The position numbers were made by a program, and so were the translations under genes. Shown in pieces: positions 34,153-43,435 of a stretch of 64,000 nucleotides of DNA (its first letter is position 1; every line of letters begins with the position of its first letter). The DNA lies in assembly GCA_020847075.1 (NCBI GenBank), contig JADLCS010000046.1, positions 6,295 through 70,294 of the forward strand, written 5' to 3'. The notes under the pieces are model-generated. The model was not told the origin of the DNA, did no database searches, and worked only from the letters and a program-made list of their open reading frames with translations. This DNA comes from Gammaproteobacteria bacterium. Lineage in GTDB: Bacteria; Pseudomonadota; Gammaproteobacteria; SZUA-140.

Positions 34153-35234
34153 CAGCGTATCTTCAGGCTGGCCAGGCCGATCAGGACCAGGATGACCGTG
34201 ATGATCCAGAAACGCACGATCACCCGCGGTTCCGGCCAGCCCTTCAGTTCGAAATGGTGATGCAGCGGCGCCATCCGGAAGATGCGCCGCCCGGTCAGCT
34301 TGTAGGAGGCCACCTGCATGATGACCGACAGCGTCTCCATCACGAATACGCCGCCCATGATCATCAGCACCACCTCCTGGCGCACGACGACGGCGAGGAT
34401 CCCGAGCGCCGCGCCCAGCGCCAGGGCGCCGATGTCGCCCATGAACACCTGGGCGGGATGGGTGTTGAACCAGAGAAAGCCGAGCCCCGCCCCCACGATC
34501 GCGCCGCAGAACACCACCATTTCGCCCACGCCGGGGACGTAGGGGATGCCCAGGTATTCCGAGAAACGGGCATGTCCGGTGGCGTAGGCGATGATGCCGA
34601 GCGCGCCCGCGACCAGCACCGCCGGCAGGATGGCGAGACCGTCCAGGCCGTCGGTCAGATTCACCGCGTTGCTGGTGCCGACGATGACGAAATAGGACAG
34701 GGGGATGAACCACCAGCCCAGATCGAGGGAGACATCCTTGAAGAAGGGCACGAAGAAGCGCGTCTCGATCGGGGACACCGCGCCGTCGAACAGATAGACC
34801 GCCGCCGCGAGGCCGATCAGCGACTGCCAGAAAAACTTCTGGCGCGCGGACAGTCCCTTCGAATTCTTGAGGATCAGCTTCTTGTAGTCGTCCACCCCGC
34901 CCACGACGCCGAACAGCAGGGTCACCGCCAGCACCAGCCAGACATGCCGGTTCGACAGGTCGCCCCACAGCAGGGTGCTGATGCCGATCGCCACCAGGAT
35001 CATCGCGCCGCCCATGGTCGGCGTGCCGGCCTTGCCCAGGTGGCTCTGCGGCCCGTCCGTGCGCACCATCTGCCCGATCTGATACTGGGCCAGTTTGCGG
35101 ATGATCATCGGCCCGACCACGAAGGAGATCAGCAGCGCCGTCAGTATCCCCAGGATCGAACGCAGGGTCAGGTAACGGAAGACGCCGAATCCGCTGTAGA
35201 TCTGCGTCAGATAATCGGTCAGATAGAGCAGCAT
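34152..35234 (-). CDS. mraY: phospho-N-acetylmuramoyl-pentapeptide transferase
   Basis: 360 aa; [25 protein letters not shown]. Confidence 0.97.
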   Translation of the reverse strand: MLLYLTDYLTQIYSGFGVFRYLTLRSILGILTALLISFVVGPMIIRKLAQYQIGQMVRTDGPQSHLGKAGTPTMGGAMILVAIGISTLLWGDLSNRHVWLVLAVTLLFGVVGGVDDYKKLILKNSKGLSARQKFFWQSLIGLAAAVYLFDGAVSPIETRFFVPFFKDVSLDLGWWFIPLSYFVIVGTSNAVNLTDGLDGLAILPAVLVAGALGIIAYATGHARFSEYLGIPYVPGVGEMVVFCGAIVGAGLGFLWFNTHPAQVFMGDIGALALGAALGILAVVVRQEVVLMIMGGVFVMETLSVIMQVASYKLTGRRIFRMAPLHHHFELKGWPEPRVIVRFWIITVILVLIGLASLKIR

Positions 35235-35235
35235 C

Positions 35236-36702
35236 TCACCCCCCCAGACCGGCCTGTCGCGCCGGCGCGGGACCGCCCGGACCCACCGTGCCGGCGACGC
35301 CCGCCGCCTCGTCGGCGAAGGTGACGGCGTCGACCACGCACTCCATGCGCATGCTGCGTGAACCCTTGACGAGCACGGTGACCGGCGCGGGCGCGAGGCC
35401 GGCGAGGTCCGCCCGCAGGGCGGCGATCAGCGCGTCCTGGTCCGGATAGTGGACGGCCCCCTTGCCGAAGGCGCCGGCCACGGTGCGCGCCAGTTCGCCG
35501 ACCGCGTAGACGCGGGATACCCCGATCGCGCGCGCCTGGCGCCCGACCTGCTCGTGCAGCGCCTGGCCGGCATTGCCGAGTTCTCCCATGTCGCCCAGCA
35601 CCAGGATCTTCTCGCCATCGGCGCCGCCCACCGCCAGCACCTCCAGCGCCGCCTTCACCGAGCCGGGATTCGCATTATAGGTATCGTCGATGACGCGCGC
35701 CCCGTGGAGGCCGCGCCGGGGCTGCAGGCGCCGCTCGACCGCGCGCATCGACTCGAGCCCGTGCGCGATGTCCGCGACATCGATCCCGACGGCATGCGCC
35801 GCCGCCGCCGCGGCCAGGGCGTTCATCACGTTGTGGCGGCCCGCCAGCCTGAGCTCGACCGCCGCCTCGCCCGCGGGCGTGATCAGCGTGAAGGAGCAGC
35901 CCAGGGCGTCGTTGAGATGCAGGTCCCGCGCCGTCACGTCGGCGGGATAGCGCAGCCCGAAGCTGACGATGCGATGGGGCGCGGCCATGACCCGCCACAG
36001 GCCTTCGCGCGGATCGTCGGCGTTGATCACGGCGCAACCGCCCGGGGCCAGCCCGGAGAAGATCTCGCCCTTGGCCCGCGCCACCCCCGCGATATCGCCG
36101 AACCCGGCCAGGTGGGCCGGCGCGGCATTGGTGATCAGCGCGACGGTGGGGCGGGCGAGACCGGTGAGGTACTCGATGTCGCCGGGCCGGTTCGCGCCCA
36201 TCTCGATCACCGCGCTGCGATGCTCGCGCCGCAGATGGAGCAGCGTAAGCGGGACCCCGAGGTCGTTGTTCAAATTGCCGCGCGTGCTGAGGCCGGCGCC
36301 CCGCACCGCCAGGACGGAGGCCAGCATCCCCTTGACCGTGGTCTTGCCGTTGCTGCCGGTCACCGCGACCAGCGGAATGGCGAAGCGGCCGCGCCAGGCG
36401 GAGGCGAGCCGGCCCAGCGCGATCCGGGTATCCGCGACGCGCACGACGGGCAGCGCGGTCTCGACGTCGCGCTGCACCAGCGCGGCGACCGCGCCGCGCT
36501 CGGCCGCGACCGCGAGAAACCCGTGCGCGTCGAAATTGCGCCCCTGCAGCGCCACGAACAGGGCGCCCGCGCCCAGCGTGCGGGTGTCGGTGCCGACGGC
36601 GTCGAAACGCCGGTCCGCCCCGCGCAGCTCCCCGCCGATCAGGCGCGCCAGTTCGCCCAGCGTCATGCCGCCCTCGAGCGCCACGTCGTACAGCGCCGTC
36701 AT
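35236..36702 (-). CDS. murF: UDP-N-acetylmuramoyl-tripeptide--D-alanyl-D-alanine ligase
   Basis: 488 aa from ATG 36702, with an ATGA overlap with the murE stop. [20 protein letters not shown] and [11 protein letters not shown]. Confidence 0.93.
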   Translation of the reverse strand: MTALYDVALEGGMTLGELARLIGGELRGADRRFDAVGTDTRTLGAGALFVALQGRNFDAHGFLAVAAERGAVAALVQRDVETALPVVRVADTRIALGRLASAWRGRFAIPLVAVTGSNGKTTVKGMLASVLAVRGAGLSTRGNLNNDLGVPLTLLHLRREHRSAVIEMGANRPGDIEYLTGLARPTVALITNAAPAHLAGFGDIAGVARAKGEIFSGLAPGGCAVINADDPREGLWRVMAAPHRIVSFGLRYPADVTARDLHLNDALGCSFTLITPAGEAAVELRLAGRHNVMNALAAAAAAHAVGIDVADIAHGLESMRAVERRLQPRRGLHGARVIDDTYNANPGSVKAALEVLAVGGADGEKILVLGDMGELGNAGQALHEQVGRQARAIGVSRVYAVGELARTVAGAFGKGAVHYPDQDALIAALRADLAGLAPAPVTVLVKGSRSMRMECVVDAVTFADEAAGVAGTVGPGGPAPARQAGLGG

Positions 36703-38237
36703 GCCGTCTCCTCCAGCAGGCGGCGCACCTGGTCGCGATCGCTGAACGGCAGACGCTCGTCCCCGATCTGCTGATAGTCCTCGTGCCCCTTGCCGGCGAC
36801 GAGGACGATGTCCCCCGGGCGCGCGGATTCGATGGCCTGCCGCAGCGCGGCCGCGCGGTCCGGCACGCAGGCGACGGCGTCCGCGCGCTCGATGCCCGCC
36901 AGGATCTGCCCGATGATCTCCTGCGGGTCCTCGTGACGGGGATTGTCGCTGGTCACGACGACGCGATCGGCGTCGCGCGCGGCCACCGCGCCCATCAGCG
37001 GGCGCTTGCCGCGATCGCGGTCGCCGCCGCAGCCGAACACGCACCACAGCCGGCCGGCGCAGTGCGGGCGCAGGGTCCGCAGCGCCTGAGCGAGGGCGTC
37101 GGGGGTATGCGCGTAATCCACGATGACCAGCGGACGCGTCCCGGCGGCACCCTCGAAACGTTCCATGCGCCCCGGTACCGCGCGCAGGCCCTCCAGCCGC
37201 TTCAACGCCTCCTCCAGGGGCAGCTCCATCAGCAGGAGCATCGCCAGCACCGCGAGCAGATTGCTGGCGTTGAATTCCCCCAGCAGGGCGGTATGCAACG
37301 CCCCTTCGCCCCAGCTCGAACGGATCCGCAGCTCCATGCCGGAAAGGTCGCGGCGCGCGACGCACGCGCGCACGTAACGGACCCCGGCCGTGCTCCCCGC
37401 CCCTTCGCCCAGGCCGTAACTGACACCGACGACCGGGCGCGCCAGTCCGGCCAGCAGCTCGCGCCCGAAGGGGTCGTCCTCGTTGATCGCGGCGTAACTC
37501 AGGCCGGGGACCAGAAACAGCTTCTGCTTGGCGCGGGCATAGGCGGTCAGATCGCCGTGGTAATCGAGATGGTCGCGGGTGAGATTGGTGAAGATCGCAC
37601 CGTCGAAGGCCACCCCGCGCGTGCGTTCCTGTTCCAGCGCGTGCGAGGAGACCTCCATCACGACGCGCCGGATGCCCCCGGCGCGCAGGGCGGCGAGTTC
37701 CTCCTGCAGGGTCACGGCGTCCGGCGTCGTATAGGTGCCCGGGCGGAGCGCGCCGTAGACGCCGTAACCGAGCGTGCCGATCACGCCGCAGGGGGCGCCG
37801 TCCTTGAGCAGGGCCTGCGCCAGGTAATGACAGACGGAGGTCTTGCCGTTGGTGCCGGTGATCCCGATCACCAGCATGTCGCGCGAGGGATCTTCGTAGA
37901 AACGCGCGGCGATGACCCCGAGCCGGCGCCCCAGATCCGCGATGCCCATCAGGGGCACCCCGGACGGGACGCGGTCCGCCGTCGGCGCGCGGACGCGCGC
38001 ATCCGGCTCGTAGAGCACGGCGCGCGCGCCCGCGCGCACGGCGTCGTCGATGTATTCCGCCCCGTGCGTCCGCCCGCCGGCGCAGGCGAAGAACAGGTCT
38101 CCGGGCACGACCCGCCGGCTGTCCGTCTCCAGCCCCGCGATCTCGGGGTCGTTGTCCCCGTCCACGGCGACGAGCCCCTGCAGCAGCGCACTCAGCCGCT
38201 GCGGCCTGGGGTGCACGGACAGGTTGCGCGAGGACAT
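36699..38237 (-). CDS. murE: UDP-N-acetylmuramoyl-L-alanyl-D-glutamate--2,6-diaminopimelate ligase
   Basis: 512 aa from ATG 38237, with a TGATG junction to the ftsI stop. DSRRVVPGDLFFA, ITGTNGKTS, and a DNPR motif (TSDNPRHEDP). Confidence 0.95.
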   Translation of the reverse strand: MSSRNLSVHPRPQRLSALLQGLVAVDGDNDPEIAGLETDSRRVVPGDLFFACAGGRTHGAEYIDDAVRAGARAVLYEPDARVRAPTADRVPSGVPLMGIADLGRRLGVIAARFYEDPSRDMLVIGITGTNGKTSVCHYLAQALLKDGAPCGVIGTLGYGVYGALRPGTYTTPDAVTLQEELAALRAGGIRRVVMEVSSHALEQERTRGVAFDGAIFTNLTRDHLDYHGDLTAYARAKQKLFLVPGLSYAAINEDDPFGRELLAGLARPVVGVSYGLGEGAGSTAGVRYVRACVARRDLSGMELRIRSSWGEGALHTALLGEFNASNLLAVLAMLLLMELPLEEALKRLEGLRAVPGRMERFEGAAGTRPLVIVDYAHTPDALAQALRTLRPHCAGRLWCVFGCGGDRDRGKRPLMGAVAARDADRVVVTSDNPRHEDPQEIIGQILAGIERADAVACVPDRAAALRQAIESARPGDIVLVAGKGHEDYQQIGDERLPFSDRDQVRRLLEETA

Positions 38238-40030
38238 CACATCACCCCCTGATCGCCGGCCAGCACCGGCCGCGCGTGCGACTCGGCCACGGTGCTGACG
38301 GAGGGCTCCTTGCCGCGGGAGGCCGCCTGCCCGGCGCGGCTCGCGTCCGCCCGCCACTGGCGCGGCAGTTCGTCCGGCAGGACCCCCAGCATGCGCAGGG
38401 CGCCGGTCATGACGCGCGAAAACACCGGCGCCGCCACCAGCCCACCGTAATATTCGTCTCCGCGCGGGTCGTTGACCACGACGACCATCGCGAGACGGGG
38501 GTTGCTGGCCGGGGCGAGTCCGGCGAACACCGAGACATAATGCTGATCCGAATAGCCGTCGGCGCCCAGCTTCTGCACCGTGCCGGTCTTGCCCGCGACG
38601 CGGTAACCCGCCACCTTGGCCAGATTGGCGGTGCCCTGCTCCGAGACCACGGTCTCCATCATGCGGATGATCTCGGTCGCGGTACGCCCGCTCATGATCT
38701 CCCGGCTCCCCACCGAGCCCTCGACCGGCACGAAGGAGACCGGCTTCAGCCGCCCCTCGTCGCCGAGCACCGTGTAGGCCAGGCACAGTTGCAACGGGGT
38801 CACCGAGAGCCCGTAACCGAAGGACAGCGTGGCCCGCTCGATCTCCTTCCAGCCGCGGTAATCGGCCAGCAGGCCGGTGACCTCGCCGGGGAAGTTGCCC
38901 CCGGTCGGCTGACCGAAGCCCACGCCGGAAAACATCTTCCACATCTGCGCCGGCTCGATCGCCAGCGCGAGCTTGCTCACGCCCACGTTGCTGGATTTCT
39001 CGATCACCGTGGTGAGATCGATATAGCCGTAATTGGAGGCGTCCCGCACCAGATGCCGGCCGATCTTGTAATACCCCGGGGCGGTATCGATATAGGTGCC
39101 GGGGCGGTACTTGCCGGTCTCCAGGGCCGCGGCCACGGTGAACGGCTTGACCGTCGAGCCCGGCTCGAACAGGTCGGTGATGGCGCGGTTGCGCAGCAGA
39201 TCGCCGCGCATGCCTTCGCGGTTGTTCGGGTTGTAGGACGGCTGATTGACCATCGCCAGCACCTCGCCAGTCGCCACGTCGAGCACCACCGCCGAACCGG
39301 AATGCGCGTGGTGCAACTGCACCGCCGCCTTCAATTCACGGTAGGCGAGATACTGGATGCGGTTGTCGATGCTGAGGGTGAGGTCCTTGCCCGGATCCGG
39401 CTCCTTGATGCCGGCCACGTTCTCGACCACGTGCCCGAGCCGGTCCTTGAGCACCCACTTGGACCCCGAGGTCCCGCGCAGCCAGTTGTCGTAGGCGAGC
39501 TCCATGCCCTCCTGTCCGGCGTCATCGACGTTGGTGACCCCCACCAGATGGGCCGTCACCTCGCCCAGCGGATAATAACGGCGGTACTCGCGCTGGAGGG
39601 AGATCCCCGGGATCTCCAGCGCCATCACCCGCTGCGCCAGCTCGGGATCGACGCGCCGCTTGAGATAGACGAACTCGCGATCGGCGCGCTGCAGGATGCG
39701 GTCGCGCAGATCGGCCGCGTCCATGCCGAGCAGGCGGGCCAGCGGCCGCCAGCCCTCGCGCTCGAGCATCAGCTCCTTGGGATTGGCCCACACGGAATCC
39801 ACCGGCGTGCTGATCGCGAGCGGTTCGCCGCCTCGGTCGGTGATCATGCCGCGATGCGCCGGCAGCGCGAGCGCGCGCAGATGACGCGCGTCGCCCTGGC
39901 CCTGCAGAAAATCCCGGTTCATCACCTGCAGATCGACCGCGCGCCAGACCAGCGCGAGGACGAAGACGCCGAGCGCCGCCAGCAGCAGGATCAGGCGCCT
40001 CGGATAGGCGATCGGCGCGCGGCGGCTCAT
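38237..40030 (-). CDS. ftsI: peptidoglycan D,D-transpeptidase FtsI (PBP3)
   Basis: 597 aa from ATG 40030, with an ATGA overlap with the ftsL stop. TM anchor; transpeptidase motifs STVKP, SSN and KTGT. Confidence 0.95.
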   Translation of the reverse strand: MSRRAPIAYPRRLILLLAALGVFVLALVWRAVDLQVMNRDFLQGQGDARHLRALALPAHRGMITDRGGEPLAISTPVDSVWANPKELMLEREGWRPLARLLGMDAADLRDRILQRADREFVYLKRRVDPELAQRVMALEIPGISLQREYRRYYPLGEVTAHLVGVTNVDDAGQEGMELAYDNWLRGTSGSKWVLKDRLGHVVENVAGIKEPDPGKDLTLSIDNRIQYLAYRELKAAVQLHHAHSGSAVVLDVATGEVLAMVNQPSYNPNNREGMRGDLLRNRAITDLFEPGSTVKPFTVAAALETGKYRPGTYIDTAPGYYKIGRHLVRDASNYGYIDLTTVIEKSSNVGVSKLALAIEPAQMWKMFSGVGFGQPTGGNFPGEVTGLLADYRGWKEIERATLSFGYGLSVTPLQLCLAYTVLGDEGRLKPVSFVPVEGSVGSREIMSGRTATEIIRMMETVVSEQGTANLAKVAGYRVAGKTGTVQKLGADGYSDQHYVSVFAGLAPASNPRLAMVVVVNDPRGDEYYGGLVAAPVFSRVMTGALRMLGVLPDELPRQWRADASRAGQAASRGKEPSVSTVAESHARPVLAGDQGVM

Positions 40031-40299
40031 GGCGTCACGATGACGATGGCGTCGGCGGGCGGCGCCGTCATCCCCAGTCGCTGGCGCGCGATCAGCTCGA
40101 CACGGGTCGGCGTGGCCCAGGTCGCCTGCTCGAGCATCAACTGTCCCCATTCGATGTTCAGATCGTCCCGTTGCGCCTTCAAGGTCTCCAGCTCGACGAA
40201 CAACTGGCGGCTGCGGTGCTTGGTGTAAACGGCGCCCAGCGCCGAGGCCAGCACGGCGACGGCCAGCAATACGATCAACCCGTGCCGCACGCGCGTCAT
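40027..40299 (-). CDS. ftsL: cell division protein FtsL
   Basis: 90 aa; a single TM (LIVLLAVAVLASALGAVY) followed by coiled-coil text. Conserved position between rsmH and ftsI. Confidence 0.85.
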   Translation of the reverse strand: MTRVRHGLIVLLAVAVLASALGAVYTKHRSRQLFVELETLKAQRDDLNIEWGQLMLEQATWATPTRVELIARQRLGMTAPPADAIVIVTP

Positions 40300-41228
40300 C
40301 ACCGTCGCTCCGCCACCCGCAACACCGCGCTGCGCGCGCGCGGATTGTCCGCCACCTCCGCCGCGCCGGGATGGACGGCGCCGCCCACCGGCCGCAGCCG
40401 CGGCTGAAGCATGGCGCCCGGCACCGGCAGTCCGGCGGGATAGGGATCGCCACGCGACTCGTCGCGGATGAATCGCTTCACCATCCGGTCTTCGAGCGAA
40501 TGAAAACTGATCACGGCGAGCCGGCCGCCGGGGGCGAGCAGCGGGACCAGCCGGTCGAGGCACAGGCGCAGATCCTCGAGTTCGTGATTGATCTGGATCC
40601 GGATGGCCTGGAAGGTGCGCGTGGCGGGATCCTTGCCCGCCTCCCAGGCGGGATGGGCCGCGGCGACGATCGCGCGCAGCCTGGCGGTGGTATCGATCGG
40701 ACGCAGGCGGCGCTCGGCCGTGATCGCGCGCGCGATGCGCGCGGCGTAGCGCTCTTCACCGTACTCGCGCAGCACCCGGATGAGCTCCTGCTCGGAAACG
40801 CGCCCCAGCCATTCGGCGGCGCTCTCCCCGGCGGCGGGGTCCATGCGCATGTCGAGCGGCCCGTCATGACGGAAGCTGAAACCGCGGCGGGGGTCGTCGA
40901 GCTGGGCGGAGGAAACGCCCAGGTCCATCAGGATGCCGGCGATCCGTCCCCCCAGCCCCCGTTCGTCCGCGGCCGCGGCCGCGCCGGCGTAGGAGCCGTG
41001 GAGGATGGTCGCGCGGGGCTCCTGCGCGAAGCGCTCCCGCGCCGCGCGGATCGCCGCGGGATCCTTGTCCATGACGATCAGGCGGCCGCCCGCGCCCAGC
41101 CGCGCGAGGATCTCGGCGGCGTGCCCACCCCGCCCGTAGGTCAGATCCATGTACACCCCGTCGGATGCGACGGCCAGGGCATCGATCACCTCGGCCAGCA
41201 GCACCGGCCGATGCGAATACTCGTCCAT
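40299..41228 (-). CDS. rsmH: 16S rRNA (cytosine1402-N4)-methyltransferase RsmH (MraW)
   Basis: 309 aa from ATG 41228; HRPVLL.E.., DLTYGRGGHA, DLGVSS.QLD, FHSLEDR.VK. Confidence 0.95.
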   Translation of the reverse strand: MDEYSHRPVLLAEVIDALAVASDGVYMDLTYGRGGHAAEILARLGAGGRLIVMDKDPAAIRAARERFAQEPRATILHGSYAGAAAAADERGLGGRIAGILMDLGVSSAQLDDPRRGFSFRHDGPLDMRMDPAAGESAAEWLGRVSEQELIRVLREYGEERYAARIARAITAERRLRPIDTTARLRAIVAAAHPAWEAGKDPATRTFQAIRIQINHELEDLRLCLDRLVPLLAPGGRLAVISFHSLEDRMVKRFIRDESRGDPYPAGLPVPGAMLQPRLRPVGGAVHPGAAEVADNPRARSAVLRVAERR

Positions 41229-41238
41229 CGCCGTCCTC

Positions 41239-41724
41239 TCATATCGAAAGCGATCGCAACGGCTCCGGCAGGGGCTGCTCATGATTGTCACGGGCCAGTA
41301 ATTTCTTTGCGTGTTCGCTAACCTTATCCCACGTCTGCTCATCCCACAGTTCGAACTTGTTACCCTGGCCGACCAGGCAGATACGCTTCTCCAGCCGGGC
41401 GGCGCCGCGCAGCGCCGGCGGCAGCAGGATCCGGCCGTGACCGTCCATCTCGCAGTCGGAGGCATAGCCGAGCAGCAGGCGTTGCAACTGCCGGGTCTGC
41501 GCGTCGAGGTTCGGCAGGCTGGTCAGGGTCCGCTGGATCTTTTCCCACTCGGGCAGCGGATACAGCAGCAGACAGGGGTCGCTGTCGACCGTGATCACGA
41601 CCTGCCCCTGACAGGACTCCGACAGGATCGAGCGATACCGGGTCGGGATGACGATCCGACCCTTGGCATCCAGATTCAATTGGCTGACCCCGCGAAACGA
41701 GGCCTGCGCCCTCTCCGCCCCCAT
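41239..41724 (-). CDS. mraZ: transcriptional regulator MraZ
   Basis: 161 aa; FRGVSQLNLDAKGRIVIPTRYR plus a second SpoVT/AbrB-like repeat (..MDGHGRILLPPALR..). Confidence 0.9.
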   Translation of the reverse strand: MGAERAQASFRGVSQLNLDAKGRIVIPTRYRSILSESCQGQVVITVDSDPCLLLYPLPEWEKIQRTLTSLPNLDAQTRQLQRLLLGYASDCEMDGHGRILLPPALRGAARLEKRICLVGQGNKFELWDEQTWDKVSEHAKKLLARDNHEQPLPEPLRSLSI

Positions 41725-41726
41725 AT

Positions 41727-41787
41727 CCCACTATGCCCCACAATTTCCCACTTCGTGACACTATATACCGCGCAAACCCACTGTCAA
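41727..41787 (-). promoter_or_regulatory. Pmra-like sigma70 promoter (TTGACA-16-TATAGT) with three GTGGG direct repeats at 10-bp spacing (putative MraZ operator)
   Basis: Read on the minus strand: -35 TTGACA at 41787-41782 and -10 TATAGT at 41765-41760. GTGGG occurs at 41751-41747, 41741-41737 and 41731-41727, with a fourth copy at 41781-41777 inside the spacer. Confidence 0.6.
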
Positions 41788-41936
41788 GCCGAAACCGAGC
41801 CTCGGGATTAACAATTTTCTCTCTATGACACAGTAACTTAGGGAAGTGGGCGGCCGGCGCCCGAGGGATCATGGACGCATGAAAACATGACAAATCATTG
41901 GGTTGCCCGGAGATCGTGCAGTGCTTTGTGAGAATA

Positions 41937-41960
41937 GGGTCCGACGCGGGCGTCGGACCC
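41937..41960 (-). terminator. GC-rich hairpin downstream of rnpB (candidate terminator)
   Basis: GGGTCCGACG-cccg-CGTCGGACCC followed on the minus strand by TATTCTC. The T-tract is weak, so confidence is modest. Confidence 0.45.
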
Positions 41961-42024
41961 GGATCACGGCGGGAACATCCACGCGCGCGGCAGGCCCCGG
42001 GACCGGGGGCCGCGCGAAAGATCA

Positions 42025-42386
42025 GGCGGGAGCCGGCCTGTAAGCCGGGTTCTGTCGAGGACAATCATTCATCTGGGACACGCGTCGCCGCGCGCCTCAA
42101 GCGACCTACCCGGGAACGGTGCGGGCCGCACCCATGTTCCCCTATTTGGTCTTGCTCCGGATGGGGTTTACCCTGCCACTGGTGTTGCCACCAGCGCGGT
42201 GCGCTCTTACCGCACCATTTCACCCTTACCCGCCGCCCGAAGGCGATGGGCGGTATATTTTCTGTGGCACTGGCCGTCGGCTCGCGCCGCCCAGGCGTTA
42301 CCTGGCATCCCGCCCTGTGGAGCCCGGACTTTCCTCCGTCCCGTGCCGCTCGCGCGACAGGGAAGGCGATTGTCCGGCCGACTCCC
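42025..42386 (-). ncRNA. rnpB: RNase P RNA, bacterial type A
   Basis: The minus strand carries the universally conserved blocks GAGGAAAGUCCGGGCUCC, AGGGUGAAAUGGUGCGGUAAGAGCGCACC and ACAGAACCCGGCUUA. A P1 helix forms between GGAGUCGGCC (5') and GGCCGGCUCC (3'). Ends are good to about +/-5 nt. Confidence 0.95.
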
Positions 42387-42392
42387 GGGGAT

Positions 42393-42530
42393 CAAGATAC
42401 AAGAGGAAAGAGTAAAGATACAAGAGGAAAAGGGAATGCGCGCCTTCGGCGCCTTGTAATTTTAAGGGTCGGCCGCACGCCGACACCTCCTCTTTAACTC
42501 TTGCAGTATCTTTACTCTTGTATCTTTGCT
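42393..42530. repeat. AT-rich heptamer-periodic inverted arms (AAGATAC/AAGAGKA units) around a GC-rich core
   Basis: Left arm 42394-42435 reads AAGATAC AAGAGGA AAGAGTA AAGATAC AAGAGGA AAAGGGA. The reverse complement of 42487-42528 reads AAGATAC AAGAGTA AAGATAC TGCAAGA GTTAAAG AGGAG. The core has hairpins at 42440-42452 and 42468-42484. Confidence 0.75.
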
Positions 42531-43375
42531 CTGTCCTTCTCCAGCCTCAGGGCCACCTCGTAGAGGCGGTTCCGGCCGAGGCCGGTCAGCTTCGCCGCCA
42601 GCGTCACCGCCTGCTTGAGCGGCAGTTCCTCCAGCAACACGCCCAGGACGTCGTCGCCCGCCCGCGCATCCTCCGCCGCCGCCTCATCCGCGCCGTGCAC
42701 TACGATGACGATCTCGCCCTTCCGCTGCAGCGGATCTCCGCGCACCCAGTCCAGCAACTCCCCCAGGCGGGTCAGGCGCGCGGTCTCGTAGAGCTTCGAC
42801 AGCTCCCGCACATAGGTCACCTCGCGCTCCGCGCCGAAGACCCGCGCCATCGCCTCCAGGGCATCGACCACGCGATGCGGCGCCTCGAAGAACACCAGGG
42901 TCCTGCCCTCATGACGCAGGGCCTCCAGCCTCTGCAGACGCGCCGCGGGGCGGGCGGGCAGAAACCCCTCGAACACGAAGCGCTCGGCCGATTGCCCGGA
43001 GACGGACAAGGCCGCGATCACCGCGCTCGGGCCCGGAATCGACACCACGCGGCCGTTCGCCGCGTGCACCGCGCGCACCAGATGGTAGCCGGGATCGCTC
43101 ACGATCGGGGTCCCGGCGTCGCTCACCAGGGCGAGTGTCTGCCCCGCGCGCAGGCGTTCGATCAACGGCTCCACCTGGGCGCGTTCGTTATGCTCGTGCA
43201 GCGCAACGAGGGGCGTGCCGATCCCGAAGTGGCGCAGCAACTGGCGGCTGTGGCGGGTGTCCTCGGCGGCGATCACATCCACGCCGGACAGGATCTCGAG
43301 CGCGCGCGCGCTCATATCGCCGAGGTTGCCGATGGGCGTCGCCACCACGTACAGCGTACCTTCAACAATTGACAC
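42512..43375 (-). CDS. rsmI: 16S rRNA (cytidine1402-2'-O)-methyltransferase RsmI
   Basis: 287 aa; GTLYVVATPIGNLGDMSARALEIL..VIAAEDTRHS. Confidence 0.93.
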   Translation of the reverse strand: MSIVEGTLYVVATPIGNLGDMSARALEILSGVDVIAAEDTRHSRQLLRHFGIGTPLVALHEHNERAQVEPLIERLRAGQTLALVSDAGTPIVSDPGYHLVRAVHAANGRVVSIPGPSAVIAALSVSGQSAERFVFEGFLPARPAARLQRLEALRHEGRTLVFFEAPHRVVDALEAMARVFGAEREVTYVRELSKLYETARLTRLGELLDWVRGDPLQRKGEIVIVVHGADEAAAEDARAGDDVLGVLLEELPLKQAVTLAAKLTGLGRNRLYEVALRLEKDRAKIQE

Positions 43376-43435
43376 TGCCCGCCCTCATCGAGATACTTGA
43401 GCCTCCCACACGCCCGAACCGCCACGCAGATCGCA

